From a virus (Duplodnaviria; Caudoviricetes): a stretch of 64,000 nucleotides of DNA. The stretch covers positions 70,299-134,298 of the IMG/VR virus record IMGVR_UViG_2547132519_000001. One strand, 5' to 3'. The notes under the pieces are model-generated. The model was given only the letters and a program-made list of their open reading frames with translations, searched no databases and had not been told where the DNA came from. Within the stretch, counting starts at the first letter, position 1. The number at the start of each line of letters is the position of its first letter. Position numbers and translations under genes: made by a program. This document shows positions 10,299 through 20,448 of the stretch, in pieces.

Positions 10299-11054
10299 AT
10301 GTTGGATTTAATTGACGATATAGAAACTGCGTTGTTAAGTGACAACTTGCGATGTGCGCTAGGAATGGCTCTAACTTTGCCAGATATTTGTGGTCAAATA
10401 GAATTTCCTACTCAAAAAGATGTTGGGAAAAGATATACTGGTTGGTGTGAAAAATACTTATTTAATCAAGGCTGTCACTCTCATATTCCTTTTACTGAAA
10501 ATATTCCAGATAGTGAACAAAGAGTTATTAGCCCAGAAATTTGTTATAAATTACGATGTGCTTATTTACATTCAGGCAACTTAGAGCTTAATCAGAGAAA
10601 AGGGGATAGCTTTATTGAGTTTAGGCTTATAATATCTCATCCGCAAGATGAGGGGATTTACGTTGAGACTGTCGTTAAAGATCAATATATGACAATAGAT
10701 ATTCGACATTTAACAAGAGTAATTTGTGACACTGCAAAAGAATATTATAGTAATCATAATTCAAAAGAAGATTTTCAATCAAAACATATTCGTATAATAG
10801 ATGTTACAAGAGAGTCGGAGAAGGTGAGTGCCTTTCTTGAGCGTAAAAATGAAATAGACGATAGGGAAAATGCTTTACTTGATTATAATCAATTATCTAA
10901 AGGAGCAAAAAAATTACTTGAAGATATACAAAGTGGACGCAACAATGTAAGTTCATTGACTAAAGCAGGTAGAGAAATTACTCAAGAAGAAACTGATTTA
11001 ATGATCCAGTACTATGAATTAATAAAAGGAGGGTTTTTAATCTTTAAGTCCTAA
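10299..11054 (+). CDS. putative HEPN-like protein
   Basis: ALTLPDICG and RCAYLH (RxxxxH); ATG after AAGGAGG. Confidence 0.5.
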   Translation: MLDLIDDIETALLSDNLRCALGMALTLPDICGQIEFPTQKDVGKRYTGWCEKYLFNQGCHSHIPFTENIPDSEQRVISPEICYKLRCAYLHSGNLELNQRKGDSFIEFRLIISHPQDEGIYVETVVKDQYMTIDIRHLTRVICDTAKEYYSNHNSKEDFQSKHIRIIDVTRESEKVSAFLERKNEIDDRENALLDYNQLSKGAKKLLEDIQSGRNNVSSLTKAGREITQEETDLMIQYYELIKGGFLIFKS

Positions 11055-11082
11055 TAGATTGTATAATAATGGAGGAAATACT

Positions 11083-11730
11083 ATGGATGTGGAATCTGTC
11101 AAACAGGAAATTGCAGACCTAGTTGCTACTAAGGAATCTTTGATTGCTGATTTAGACACGCAAAAAAATACCTTGATTAATATTTTAAAGCCATTTATAA
11201 GCACTGAATTGCAGAAAATTATAGAGGAAGAAGTTAAGAAGAATCCCAGCCACACTAAATCATTGGGAATAGAAAAATTAAGTGACATGAAAAAAAGATT
11301 AAATAATTTATTGGTTTCTTCCGACTCATTAGTTAATAAAACATTTTCAGATAATCAGTTTTGGATTCATGTAAACTATAAAATTATCGAAGAAAGAGAT
11401 AGTTTTGGTCAAAGATATAACAATAAAAAGACAGCAACTAATAAAATTATAGAAGGCATAAAGATTGTCTTTGGAAAAGCAGGAGAGATACTTGTAGATT
11501 ATGGTTATGATAAGACTGGTTCGGATCGCACTTCTAGGTGGCAAACATCAGTTAATTCAGAAATAGTTTTTGGATCAAATCACGGCTTTTATATACCTGA
11601 ACATATAGATCATGAAATAAAAAAATATTCTGAGAGTATATCGCCTTTACATGACACTATTGATAAATTAAATAAATTGGATAAAAAATTTAATCAGCAA
11701 GAAGCATTAGATTTATGGGAACAAGCCTAA
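11083..11730 (+). CDS. hypothetical coiled-coil protein
   Basis: ORF track 11059..11730; ATG after GGAGG. Confidence 0.65.
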   Translation: MDVESVKQEIADLVATKESLIADLDTQKNTLINILKPFISTELQKIIEEEVKKNPSHTKSLGIEKLSDMKKRLNNLLVSSDSLVNKTFSDNQFWIHVNYKIIEERDSFGQRYNNKKTATNKIIEGIKIVFGKAGEILVDYGYDKTGSDRTSRWQTSVNSEIVFGSNHGFYIPEHIDHEIKKYSESISPLHDTIDKLNKLDKKFNQQEALDLWEQA

Positions 11731-11768
11731 AAATAAAAGAACTGTTTCAATGTAAAAAAGGCGATAGG

Positions 11769-12053
11769 TTATTTACTATCGTCTTTTTTTATCTCGTCAT
11801 GATATTGGCTTAGCTTATTATAATAGGCAAACAATCGTTTAAGCGTTGGGTCGTCTGGAACAATAATTTCATTTGGGGTACATTCCAGTTCTTTGCACAA
11901 TGCCTCCAATGTCTCTAATTTTATACTTGTAGAATCTCCATTGTAAATTGCAGTTATTGTAGGGTATGTGACTCCGATCCGCTTCGCAAGTTCATATCTG
12001 GTCATCCCTTTTTCGGCGAGTTTCTCTTTAATATGCAGTCGCATTATATACAC
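11769..12053 (-). CDS. Xre/Cro-CI HTH transcriptional regulator
   Basis: MTRYELAKRIGVTYPTITAIYNG...LEALCKELECTPNEI. Confidence 0.9.
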   Translation of the reverse strand: MYIMRLHIKEKLAEKGMTRYELAKRIGVTYPTITAIYNGDSTSIKLETLEALCKELECTPNEIIVPDDPTLKRLFAYYNKLSQYHDEIKKDDSK

Positions 12054-12121
12054 CTCACTTTATATATAATATAGCATATATAGATAAGAAAATAAATATA
12101 AAATATATTTACTATATATAA

Positions 12122-12150
12122 TTGACTTTATATAAAATATATTATATAAT
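12122..12150 (+). promoter_or_regulatory. sigma-A promoter of the mazF-like gene
   Basis: TTGACT-N17-TATAAT within an extremely AT-rich divergent intergenic region. Confidence 0.75.
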
Positions 12151-12186
12151 GTGTATCATAGAAATTGGAAATTTAAGGAAAGGAGA

Positions 12187-12555
12187 ATGCGGATTACTAT
12201 GACACAAGATTTAAAACGATACGATGTTGTACTTGTGGATTTTGGAAAAGAAACAATTGGTTCAGAGCAGGGGGGAGTTAGACCAGCGGTTATTATTCAA
12301 AATGACATGGGCAATCTACATAGCGGTACCACCATTGTCTTTCCATTTACTACTCAACTCAAACGCCTCAATCAACCGACGCATACTCTTATTGCTAAAG
12401 GAAAGCATAAAGGGTTGGTTGAGGATTCTATGGTATTAGGTGAGGCTATTAGACAGATAGATCAGAAAAGAATACAAGAATACCTTGGCACAATAACCGA
12501 CATTAATGAAAGGAACGAAATTAAGCGTGTGTATGCCGCAAATTTCGGAGAATAG
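12187..12555 (+). CDS. PemK/MazF-family endoribonuclease
   Basis: GSEQGGVRPAVIIQND.GN motif. Confidence 0.9.
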   Translation: MRITMTQDLKRYDVVLVDFGKETIGSEQGGVRPAVIIQNDMGNLHSGTTIVFPFTTQLKRLNQPTHTLIAKGKHKGLVEDSMVLGEAIRQIDQKRIQEYLGTITDINERNEIKRVYAANFGE

Positions 12556-12563
12556 GTGGTTAA

Positions 12564-12845
12564 ATGCATTATGTTGAAATGACCATAGAAGAAGCTAATG
12601 AATACTATAAAGGGACAAAAGGGAAAACGGTATTAGTAGCTGTACAGGATTTAGAAAAAGATGATGTAGTAGAATTTACAAAACGAAATAAAGATGAATG
12701 TGTGAATATCATAAATGAAGCTGAAACAATTGCAAGAGTATATGATGATTTTATTAATCAATTGAGAGTTTTCACTGAAAAGCAATCAGATATAAGGAAT
12801 ATTGTACCACGAGGAAAATTGAGTACAATATTGTTAAAAGAATAA
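12564..12845 (+). CDS. hypothetical protein
   Basis: 93-aa ORF. Confidence 0.65.
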   Translation: MHYVEMTIEEANEYYKGTKGKTVLVAVQDLEKDDVVEFTKRNKDECVNIINEAETIARVYDDFINQLRVFTEKQSDIRNIVPRGKLSTILLKE

Positions 12846-12858
12846 TTTAGGTAAAAAA

Positions 12859-12919
12859 CAAATATATGTTCGAAAAAAGTCAACTTTTACTTGACTAGCA
12901 CATATGTTCGATGTATAAT
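12859..12919 (+). promoter_or_regulatory. sigma-A promoter with two LexA (Cheo)-box-like sites
   Basis: TTGACT(12891)-N17-TATAAT(12914); AGCACATATGTTCG (12897) in the spacer and CAAATATATGTTCG (12859), versus consensus CGAAC-N4-GTTCG. Confidence 0.6.
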
Positions 12920-12955
12920 CAAAACAGTTTAGATGGCAGTTATTTCCTGACATAA

Positions 12956-13063
12956 AAATTGCAGCCTATTAAGGATCATAGGTGTTGGCGCACCTCCTCT
13001 AAACAGGCTGCAATTTACATAATTAAACACAATACATAAATTCATTTTTGGCGAAATGAATTT
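12956..13063 (+). other. structured leader with two TTGGCG-loop hairpins
   Basis: AAATTGCAGCCT/AGGCTGCAATTT outer stem with AGGTG-TTGGCG-CACCT; AAATTCATTT-TTGGCG-AAATGAATTT. Confidence 0.6.
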
Positions 13064-13189
13064 AAGAGATATAGCAGAAAGCTATACTTGATTTTATTTT
13101 ACATAATTTATTAGTAATAGTCAAGTATTTTCATATAATCAGCGTTTCTGCTAAATGTATCCAATTAGAAAAAGAGAATTATATATTAT

Positions 13190-13261
13190 ACCTCATTAGC
13201 CAAGTGGTAAGGCACAGGATTTTGACTCCTGGACTCACTGGTTCGATGCCAGTATGAGGTG
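13190..13261 (+). tRNA. tRNA-Gln (anticodon TTG)
   Basis: Acceptor ACCTCAT/ATGAGGT, D arm GCCAAGTGGTAAGGC, anticodon arm CAGGA-TTTTGAC-TCCTG, T arm ACTGG-TTCGATG-CCAGT; no encoded CCA. Confidence 0.9.
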
Positions 13262-13334
13262 GTATTTTGGTCGGCAAAAAATGCAAGACCTTAGTTAAAG
13301 TCGCTCATCAACAGAAATATAGGGAGGATTTTAA

Positions 13335-15377
13335 GTGGAAGAAGAGCAAAAACAGCAAATTTTAGAAACGTATGCTTCCAATGATATGGCAAAGCTACGT
13401 AAGATATCGTATCCATTATTTATAAAATTTGGAGGAATATCTGAAAAGGATCACGATGATTTTTATAGTAAAGCCAACATGGAATTGTGGAAGGCAACTG
13501 AAGTCTTTGATGAAGAAAATGGAGTACCTTTTGAGGCATATCTATTAGGATGTCTTAAAAGAAAGTTTATGACGGAAATGACGGGCTTAAATAGAGAAAA
13601 ACGTAAAGCAGACAGGATAGCTTCATCTCTAGATACTCCTATAGGGGAGGAAGGAATAACTTTAGGGGATCTATTAGCATCTGATTTTGATTTAGAATTA
13701 TCCACTATTGACAAAATGGAACTCTCAACCTCCGAAAACACAAATAAATATCTGGAATTACTCACAACAAGACAAAGGCAAATTGCAGAAATGATAATGG
13801 AGGGTTATAAACCACTAGAAATCAAAGAAAAATTGGGACTTACAGAGAATCAATACATAAGTAATTTAAAAGATATGAAGACATTTGAAAAGGCTACAAT
13901 ATTAAAACAAAATAATTTTGTTCAAATCGAGGAGGAAATATCAATGAACGATAGCTTCACACAGACACTAGAGAAAAGTAAATCAAACCGGCTGAGCATA
14001 TCATCTATTATGAAGAAAATAGATAATCGCACAATCAGATTTGATCATCCTCTTCAAAGAGCATCTGAGCAATGGAGTCCAGCCATGAAGGGAAATTTAA
14101 TATCAGATATTTTGCAAGGAAATCCAATACCTCCCCTCGTTTTTGCAGAACAGATTATCAATGGTTTGGCAATGATTTGGGATTTAGATGGTAAACAGCG
14201 GTGCACAAATGCTCATTCGTTTATTAATGGTAATTATAAAATCTCCAAGAACATCAGGCGGTGGAATATAATTTACCAAGCTCAAATCGTAAATGATGGT
14301 AGACCGGTGCTAGATGAGAGTGGCTTTCCTACGAGTGAAAAGAGAGAATTTGATATAAGGGGTAAACGGTTTACTGACTTACCGGAAGAATTGCAGGACA
14401 AGTTTAATGAATATAACTTTGAAATTGTGCAGTATTTAAACTGTTCAAGTGAGGATATTGCTTATCATATCGCGCGCTATAACGAAGGCAAGCCCATGTC
14501 GGCTTCTCAGAAGGGTATCACAAGGCTTGGTGAAGAGTTTGCTTCCATAGTAAAGAGTATATCAGGTATGCCGTTCTTTAAAGATCTTGGTGGATATAAG
14601 GTTTCAGAAGGTAATAACGGAACTGTAAATCGTGTGGTTATTGAATCTGTAATGGCAGCTAATTTCTTAGAAGATTGGAAAAAGAAGCAGGAAGATATGT
14701 GTGAGTATATGAAGGAAAATGCTACCACTGAATGCTTTGAAGATTTTGAAGATATGGTCGGTAGAATAACAAATGTTGGAACTGAAGATGTTTTCAATAT
14801 GTTTGACTCCAAGGATTCCTTTATCTATTTTGGATTATTCGCACGATTTGTAAATTCTGGATTAAATGACGAGAAGTTTATAGAATTTATGGCTGAGTTC
14901 TCTCAGTCCTTACATAGCAAAGAAGTTGATGGCGTGACCTTTGATGATCTTAATGGTAAATCCACTAAAGATAAGAATGTTGTCATTAGTAAGATTAATC
15001 ATTTGGAAAAGTTAATGAATGATTATTTGCATATAGAAGCAAAAGATATCAATACTACTGTTGAAGCTTTGTCAGTAATCGATTTTGTTAGAGATAACAT
15101 AAACTCCGAAGTATTAGAAGAAGATATAGATGATTATTACGATATGCTAGACAGCTACAAGCTGGACAAGAAGTCTGCATTGCTAAGTTGGAAAAATGAG
15201 CCTTCTCTTATTGCTATAATAGCCTATTCTTGTGTAAACGATGTCAATTTAGATGATTGGATTATTGAGTACTTTAAGAAAAATGAGACATTTATGTCAG
15301 ACCAGAAACAGAATTACTTACATATGTTAACTGATTATGAAGAATTCACACAGTTAATGAACAGCCATGCAGTCTAA
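13335..15377 (+). CDS. sigma-70-like N-terminal domain fused to a DUF262 (GmrSD/ParB-like) domain
   Basis: Region-2-like DDFYSKANMELWKATEVFDEENGVPFEAY, region-4-like LTTRQRQIAEMIMEGYKPLEIKEKLGL; DUF262 motifs HPLQR..QW and LDGKQR. Confidence 0.75.
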   Translation: MEEEQKQQILETYASNDMAKLRKISYPLFIKFGGISEKDHDDFYSKANMELWKATEVFDEENGVPFEAYLLGCLKRKFMTEMTGLNREKRKADRIASSLDTPIGEEGITLGDLLASDFDLELSTIDKMELSTSENTNKYLELLTTRQRQIAEMIMEGYKPLEIKEKLGLTENQYISNLKDMKTFEKATILKQNNFVQIEEEISMNDSFTQTLEKSKSNRLSISSIMKKIDNRTIRFDHPLQRASEQWSPAMKGNLISDILQGNPIPPLVFAEQIINGLAMIWDLDGKQRCTNAHSFINGNYKISKNIRRWNIIYQAQIVNDGRPVLDESGFPTSEKREFDIRGKRFTDLPEELQDKFNEYNFEIVQYLNCSSEDIAYHIARYNEGKPMSASQKGITRLGEEFASIVKSISGMPFFKDLGGYKVSEGNNGTVNRVVIESVMAANFLEDWKKKQEDMCEYMKENATTECFEDFEDMVGRITNVGTEDVFNMFDSKDSFIYFGLFARFVNSGLNDEKFIEFMAEFSQSLHSKEVDGVTFDDLNGKSTKDKNVVISKINHLEKLMNDYLHIEAKDINTTVEALSVIDFVRDNINSEVLEEDIDDYYDMLDSYKLDKKSALLSWKNEPSLIAIIAYSCVNDVNLDDWIIEYFKKNETFMSDQKQNYLHMLTDYEEFTQLMNSHAV

Positions 15378-15418
15378 TAATTACATATAAGAAACGGAAT
15401 TTTGTTGGAGGGTAAAAG

Positions 15419-15766
15419 ATGGCAGAGTTACAAGTAGAAGATATCAAGAACAGAGAAATAGTTTATGGTTGTGCATTTAATATTGATTTTGATAGGCATA
15501 GTTGGTATGGAGGACAGGTAGTACATAACATATGCAAACCTGTCAAAGGTATGGTTAAAAAACCTGAATATATCTCTTCATATGGACGATTTTATCTTTT
15601 AAAAAGAGATGGGACGACTAGGCGGTCTGGGGTGGTTTCTACCGAATCAAGACATTTTGCGAGAACTTATGAAGAGAGCGTAGAGATTTACAACCAGCTC
15701 ATCAGAGTTAAAATGGAAAAATTAAGAAAAATAGCAGATGAACTTGAAAATGAATTGTTGAAATGA
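15419..15766 (+). CDS. hypothetical phage protein
   Basis: 115-aa ORF with GGAGGG SD. Confidence 0.65.
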   Translation: MAELQVEDIKNREIVYGCAFNIDFDRHSWYGGQVVHNICKPVKGMVKKPEYISSYGRFYLLKRDGTTRRSGVVSTESRHFARTYEESVEIYNQLIRVKMEKLRKIADELENELLK

Positions 15767-15773
15767 ATCTTAC

Positions 15774-16352
15774 ATGATAAATAAGAAGGAGGTAGTTGTG
15801 GATTTACAAGTATTATATAAAGAGTGTGTTAATTTATTATCTTCAATAGGATATGAAACAAATGTATCAAGTATAACTTTTAACAATAGATTGAGCAGTA
15901 CATATGGATTATATTATGAAGATGATTTTAGTATTGAAATAAACGAGAAGGTGTTTAACTTAGCCAGTAAAGACCAAAACATAACCACTATAATACATGA
16001 GTTGTCCCATAACATAGATCATATGTTGAATGGGAGCATTGATAGGTATTTAGAGGGACATGGAGAGAATTGGATGAAAATCGCTAATGACATATCAGAC
16101 AAACTTGGGCTTCAAATTCAAAGATACACTCCATTTACAATTCCAATCCATTACGATAAAAAATACCACCATACATATAAATGCAATAATTGTGAAGCAG
16201 AAAAAATGGTCATGTCTAAATTTAAAGATGAAAGCAAAGTGAGAAGTGGTAGATGTAAATATTGTAATTCAGATATAAAGTATCTTTTTAATGGACAGTA
16301 TGCTATCAGTATGAAAAATGGAGAAAGAACTATACAGCTAGATAATTATTAA
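15774..16352 (+). CDS. SprT-like zinc metalloprotease
   Basis: IHELSH, GHGENW, C-terminal CxxC...CxxC; start may be the downstream GTG after AGGAGG. Confidence 0.8.
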   Translation: MINKKEVVVDLQVLYKECVNLLSSIGYETNVSSITFNNRLSSTYGLYYEDDFSIEINEKVFNLASKDQNITTIIHELSHNIDHMLNGSIDRYLEGHGENWMKIANDISDKLGLQIQRYTPFTIPIHYDKKYHHTYKCNNCEAEKMVMSKFKDESKVRSGRCKYCNSDIKYLFNGQYAISMKNGERTIQLDNY

Positions 16353-16385
16353 AATGGTTCATTCATTTGAGTATAAGGAGGAGAG

Positions 16386-17021
16386 ATGGATAAATATTTA
16401 AGTATTATTACAAATTTTGGTTGTCATGGTAGATGCCCATATTGTGTCGTCAGAGAGAATGGGATTAAAGTTCCAGAAACGACATTATTTGGACTTGGCA
16501 ATTTAAAAAGTGCCATTGAAGAAACGGGAGCAAATATTATATCTGTTTCCGGAGGTGGAGATCCATTACATAAGTACAAGGAACATAAATATTGGTACAC
16601 AGAATTGTTTGCTATGCTGAACAACATGAATGTGCCACTTGAGATGCACACTAGCTATTTAGAATCTAAGTTCCCATATGAGAAATGTAGAAGAGTGGTT
16701 TATCATTTACTGACACTCGATCAGTTAGATGAAGTCACTAAACTGGAAAAAGAGATTGTTAGGGTAGTCTATGTTATTGAAACATGGATGACTAAATCAG
16801 ATATTGAGTACATTTACAACTACGTGCAAAGGAGTCGTGATATTGATGAACTGAGTTTTAGACAGCTTGTGAATGGAAACTTTGAAGAAGAATTTCATAT
16901 GCACGATTATCTTAAACGGTATCACGGTATGAAATGGCATTACATAGAACAATGTGATTACAATGATTATTACGTTGAGGGGAAGCTATATAAGCGGTTT
17001 TCAGATATAGGTAAGGAATGA
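16386..17021 (+). CDS. radical SAM domain protein
   Basis: CHGRCPYC (CxxxCxxC), SGGGDPL. Confidence 0.85.
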   Translation: MDKYLSIITNFGCHGRCPYCVVRENGIKVPETTLFGLGNLKSAIEETGANIISVSGGGDPLHKYKEHKYWYTELFAMLNNMNVPLEMHTSYLESKFPYEKCRRVVYHLLTLDQLDEVTKLEKEIVRVVYVIETWMTKSDIEYIYNYVQRSRDIDELSFRQLVNGNFEEEFHMHDYLKRYHGMKWHYIEQCDYNDYYVEGKLYKRFSDIGKE

Positions 17022-17106
17022 GTCAATAGAGAAAAGGCGCATGTAATAAATGTAAACTAAAAAGCACGTAGAGCATTTAAAACAATAAGCAAAGGAGAGT
17101 GATTAT

Positions 17107-17310
17107 ATGTTAGCAGTTATTGTGATTTTGGTAGGAGTAGCTTTAGAAATTGTGAAAGCAAATGCGTGGTTTATTGTACCTGATACGGCGATTTATATTG
17201 TTTTTGGAATAGGCGTGGCTCTTGCAATTGTCTCTATCGTTAGCAGTATTATTGCTAAAAAAAGATTTAATAGTACGTCTGAGAGAGTAAATCGCTTTAT
17301 GAGAAAATGA
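17107..17310 (+). CDS. small two-TM membrane protein
   Basis: Two hydrophobic helices and a basic tail. Confidence 0.7.
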   Translation: MLAVIVILVGVALEIVKANAWFIVPDTAIYIVFGIGVALAIVSIVSSIIAKKRFNSTSERVNRFMRK

Positions 17311-17358
17311 TATAAGTTTTCAAAGAAAAATTAAAATCATATGAAGGAGAATAAGATT

Positions 17359-19412
17359 ATGGAATTTATTAAATTTAAAGAGGATTACAAAAGAGATTTG
17401 CAGAGATAAGCAAGGATTCAATACATTTATTTGAGGTAAACGTGGATAAAGATGAATTATGGAACACGTATCTTGATAGTTTTCCGGTTGGAACAAACAA
17501 AATTTTCAGAGAAAGAAGAGAATATGATTGCAGTTGCTGCCGTCAGTTTATCAAGAATATTGGTAATGCAGTCGTCATCAAAAATAATGAGGTTCAAACG
17601 ATTTGGGAATTAAATCTCGGAGATAAAACATATCAGCCAGTATGTGATGCTTTATCGAACCTTGTTAAATCGCATATGGTAAATGACGTCTATGTAAGCA
17701 AATTTAAAAAGATTGGTACTGACTTCAACTATGAAGATATGAATGGTAAGACACATAAATGGGATCATTTCTTCTTGGAACTCCCGGACAAGTTCTATGA
17801 CGGAAGTTCTAGGTCTGAAGGTGACATTAAAGGCGGATTTAGAGATACCAGAAACGTTTTTAAGCGTTCATTAGATGAAATCTCCATGGACTCTCTAGAT
17901 ACAGTTTTAGAACTTATTGACTCTAATACGCTTTACAAGGGAGAAGAATGGAAAACTGCTTTGGTTGAATTCCGGAAATATAAAAAGGAATATGACAATC
18001 TGAGAACAGAAACAGAGAGAGAGTTATTTGCTTGGGAGAAGTCGGTAAAAGCGGGTATGGCAATAGGAAGAATTCGCAACCATAGTATTGGTACGCTTCT
18101 TTTAAATGTTAGTGAAGGAATGAATTTAGATTTGGCAGTTAAGAAATATGAGCAGATTGTAGCACCGTCGAATTATAAAAGACCAAAGGCTATTTTTACG
18201 AAGAAAATGCTTGAAGATGCGCAGAGGACTATTACAGAGCTTGGATATATGGAGTCTTTACAGAGAAGATTTGCAAACCTAGATGATATTACAGTAAATA
18301 ACATTCTCTTTTCTAATAAAGATTCTGCAAAACGAATTGGCGGAGTTGATGATATTTTTGGAGATATGGCAAAAGATGTAGCTGTGAGTCCAAAGCGATT
18401 CTCAAGGGTTGAAGAAATTTCCGTGAAAGACTTTATTGATAGAGTTCTCCCAACCGCGAAAGAGATTGAAACTTTTGTAGAAAATAAACACGATAAAAAC
18501 TTTGTGTCTTTAATCGCTCCAATTAACCCTGAAGGCAAGACAATGTTTAAGTGGAATAACGGAATGAGCTGGGCATATACAGGCAATATCACAGACAGCG
18601 ACATGAAACAGAACGTGAAAGCGGCTGGAGGCAACGTAGATGGAGTTCTTAGATTTTCTATCCAATGGAATGAAGATGGAAGGGATAATTGTGATTTAGA
18701 TGCTCACTGTTACGAACCGAATGGTAATGAAATTTATTATGGAAATGATAGAAAGCCGGGTATTTCTAGGCTAGGTGGTCAATTAGATGTAGATATCATA
18801 GATCCAAATGGAAAAGTTGCAGTAGAGAACGTTACTTGGGGAGATAAAAATAGAATGCAACCAGGTACATATAGATTCTTTGTAAATCAATTTTCTGGTA
18901 GTGTAAGAAATGGGTTCCGTGCTGAGATTGAGTTTAATGGAGAAATTTACACATTTAATTATGACAGATCAATGAGAAGTGGCGAGAATGTGTCTGTTGC
19001 AGACATTGTACTTAGTTCAAATGGAGAATTTACTATTAAAGAAAAATTAATTGGAAGTTCAACAATTTCAAGCAAAGTTATTTGGGGAATTAACACAAAT
19101 CAGTTTGTTCCTGTTTCTGTTATCTGTTATAGTCCAAACTATTTTGATGAACAGGAGGGAATTGGTCATCGTCATCTATTCTTAATGTTGAAAGATTGTA
19201 AAAATGGCGAAGAACCCAATGGCTACTATAATGAGTTTCTAAAGAACGAACTTGCTGAGCACAAGAGAGTCTTTGAGGCTCTAGGTGCAAAGTGCCACGT
19301 AGAAGATATGGAGGATCAGCTTTCGGGTATCGGATTTAGCATGACAAAACGTGCAGAATTAGTTGTAAAAGTTAAAGGCGCAACTGAGAGAATCATGAAG
19401 ATTAAATTTTAA
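17359..19412 (+). CDS. large phage protein with a YfaP/DUF2135-like domain; N-terminal frameshift
   Basis: CDLDAHC and GGQLDVD motifs. The ATG at 17359 (with SD) is out of frame with the 17442..19412 ORF, implying a 1-nt indel near 17380. Confidence 0.65.
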
Positions 19413-19425
19413 TAAAAAGGAGAAT

Positions 19426-19818
19426 GTGATTATGAGTAACGTAAATTTATTTGAGGTAGCAACAAAAAATAAGATGAGATTCCCATACAGAGGTAGTGTC
19501 TCGGTTGAAGATTTATGGGATCTTCCTTTAACAGCATTGGATTCTGTATTTAAAATCCTGAATGCACAGGTCAAGCAGTCAAAGGAAGAAAGTCTTCTAA
19601 GTACAAAATCTAAAGAAGATGAAGTGTTAGAAAATCAGATAGAAATTGTAAAGTACATTGTTTCTGTAAAATTAACGGAAAAGGCAGCAAGAGAGGATGC
19701 AATAGAGAAAAAGGAAAAGAAGCAAAAAATCATGCAGATTATGGATAATAAACAGGACGAAGCTTTACGGAATGCATCAATGGAAGATTTACAGAAGATG
19801 TTAAATGAATTAGGGTAA
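19426..19818 (+). CDS. conserved hypothetical phage protein
   Basis: KMRFPYRGSVSVEDLWDLPL, coiled coil. Confidence 0.75.
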   Translation: MIMSNVNLFEVATKNKMRFPYRGSVSVEDLWDLPLTALDSVFKILNAQVKQSKEESLLSTKSKEDEVLENQIEIVKYIVSVKLTEKAAREDAIEKKEKKQKIMQIMDNKQDEALRNASMEDLQKMLNELG

Positions 19819-19918
19819 TGTGATTTGGGGAGGTCAGACTCCCCAAGTTAATTTCAGAAGATGAAAGAGGGATTTTAAAGAGGAAATTTCATGTAAATTA
19901 GAATTTTAAGGAGGAAAC

Positions 19919-20148
19919 ATGAAGCGGTCGGATTTGGAAAAATGTTTAGGTGAATTAGTAGAAGTGCATTTTTTTGATGGCGAAGTTATCCAAGGTTGTC
20001 TCAGAAAAACACATGATGAGATGTTTAAGAATGACGCAAATCTGTATATACCAATTAATAGGTATTTTGTTACTAAAATAAGAACTCTAAGGTATGCATA
20101 AGCTTTTTGTTTCGAACTTCACATGTTAAGAAGCTTAAAGTTGATTAG
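19919..20148 (+). pseudogene. hypothetical protein, probably frameshifted
   Basis: ORF 19919..20101 with a plausible C-terminus (…SFLFRTSHVKKLKVD*) in another frame. Confidence 0.4.
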
Positions 20149-20167
20149 GATTTTACGGAGATAAAAT

Positions 20168-20353
20168 ATGATAAGTAAAGATTATGTTATCTGTCCTTTT
20201 TGCAAGAAAGACCATAGTAAGAACAAAGCAATAGGGACAAGCGGATAAATAAATCACACTGGTAGTGAGCGTTCTATCACCTGTGAGAGATGCGGAAAAG
20301 ATTTTCGTTGTTCATGTGAAGTCCAGATAAAATATAAAACAAGTAAGAATTAA
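20168..20353 (+). pseudogene. small Zn-finger protein with an in-frame TAA
   Basis: CPFC ... TAA(20246) ... CERC in one frame; SD GGAG. Confidence 0.55.
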
Positions 20354-20413
20354 ACTGATATTTAATGGATTATATATGTTCTCTTAAATCTGAAAATTAA
20401 TTACAACGTAAAG

Positions 20414-20448
20414 AAAAATGTCCCCAAGGTTAATATGAGGACATTTTT
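20414..20448. terminator. bidirectional terminator-like hairpin
   Basis: AAAAATGTCC...GGACATTTTT. Confidence 0.55.

Noticed and set aside
12054-12150. AT-rich tract as a replication origin
   Set aside because: No iterons or adjacent initiator; explained by divergent promoters and operators.
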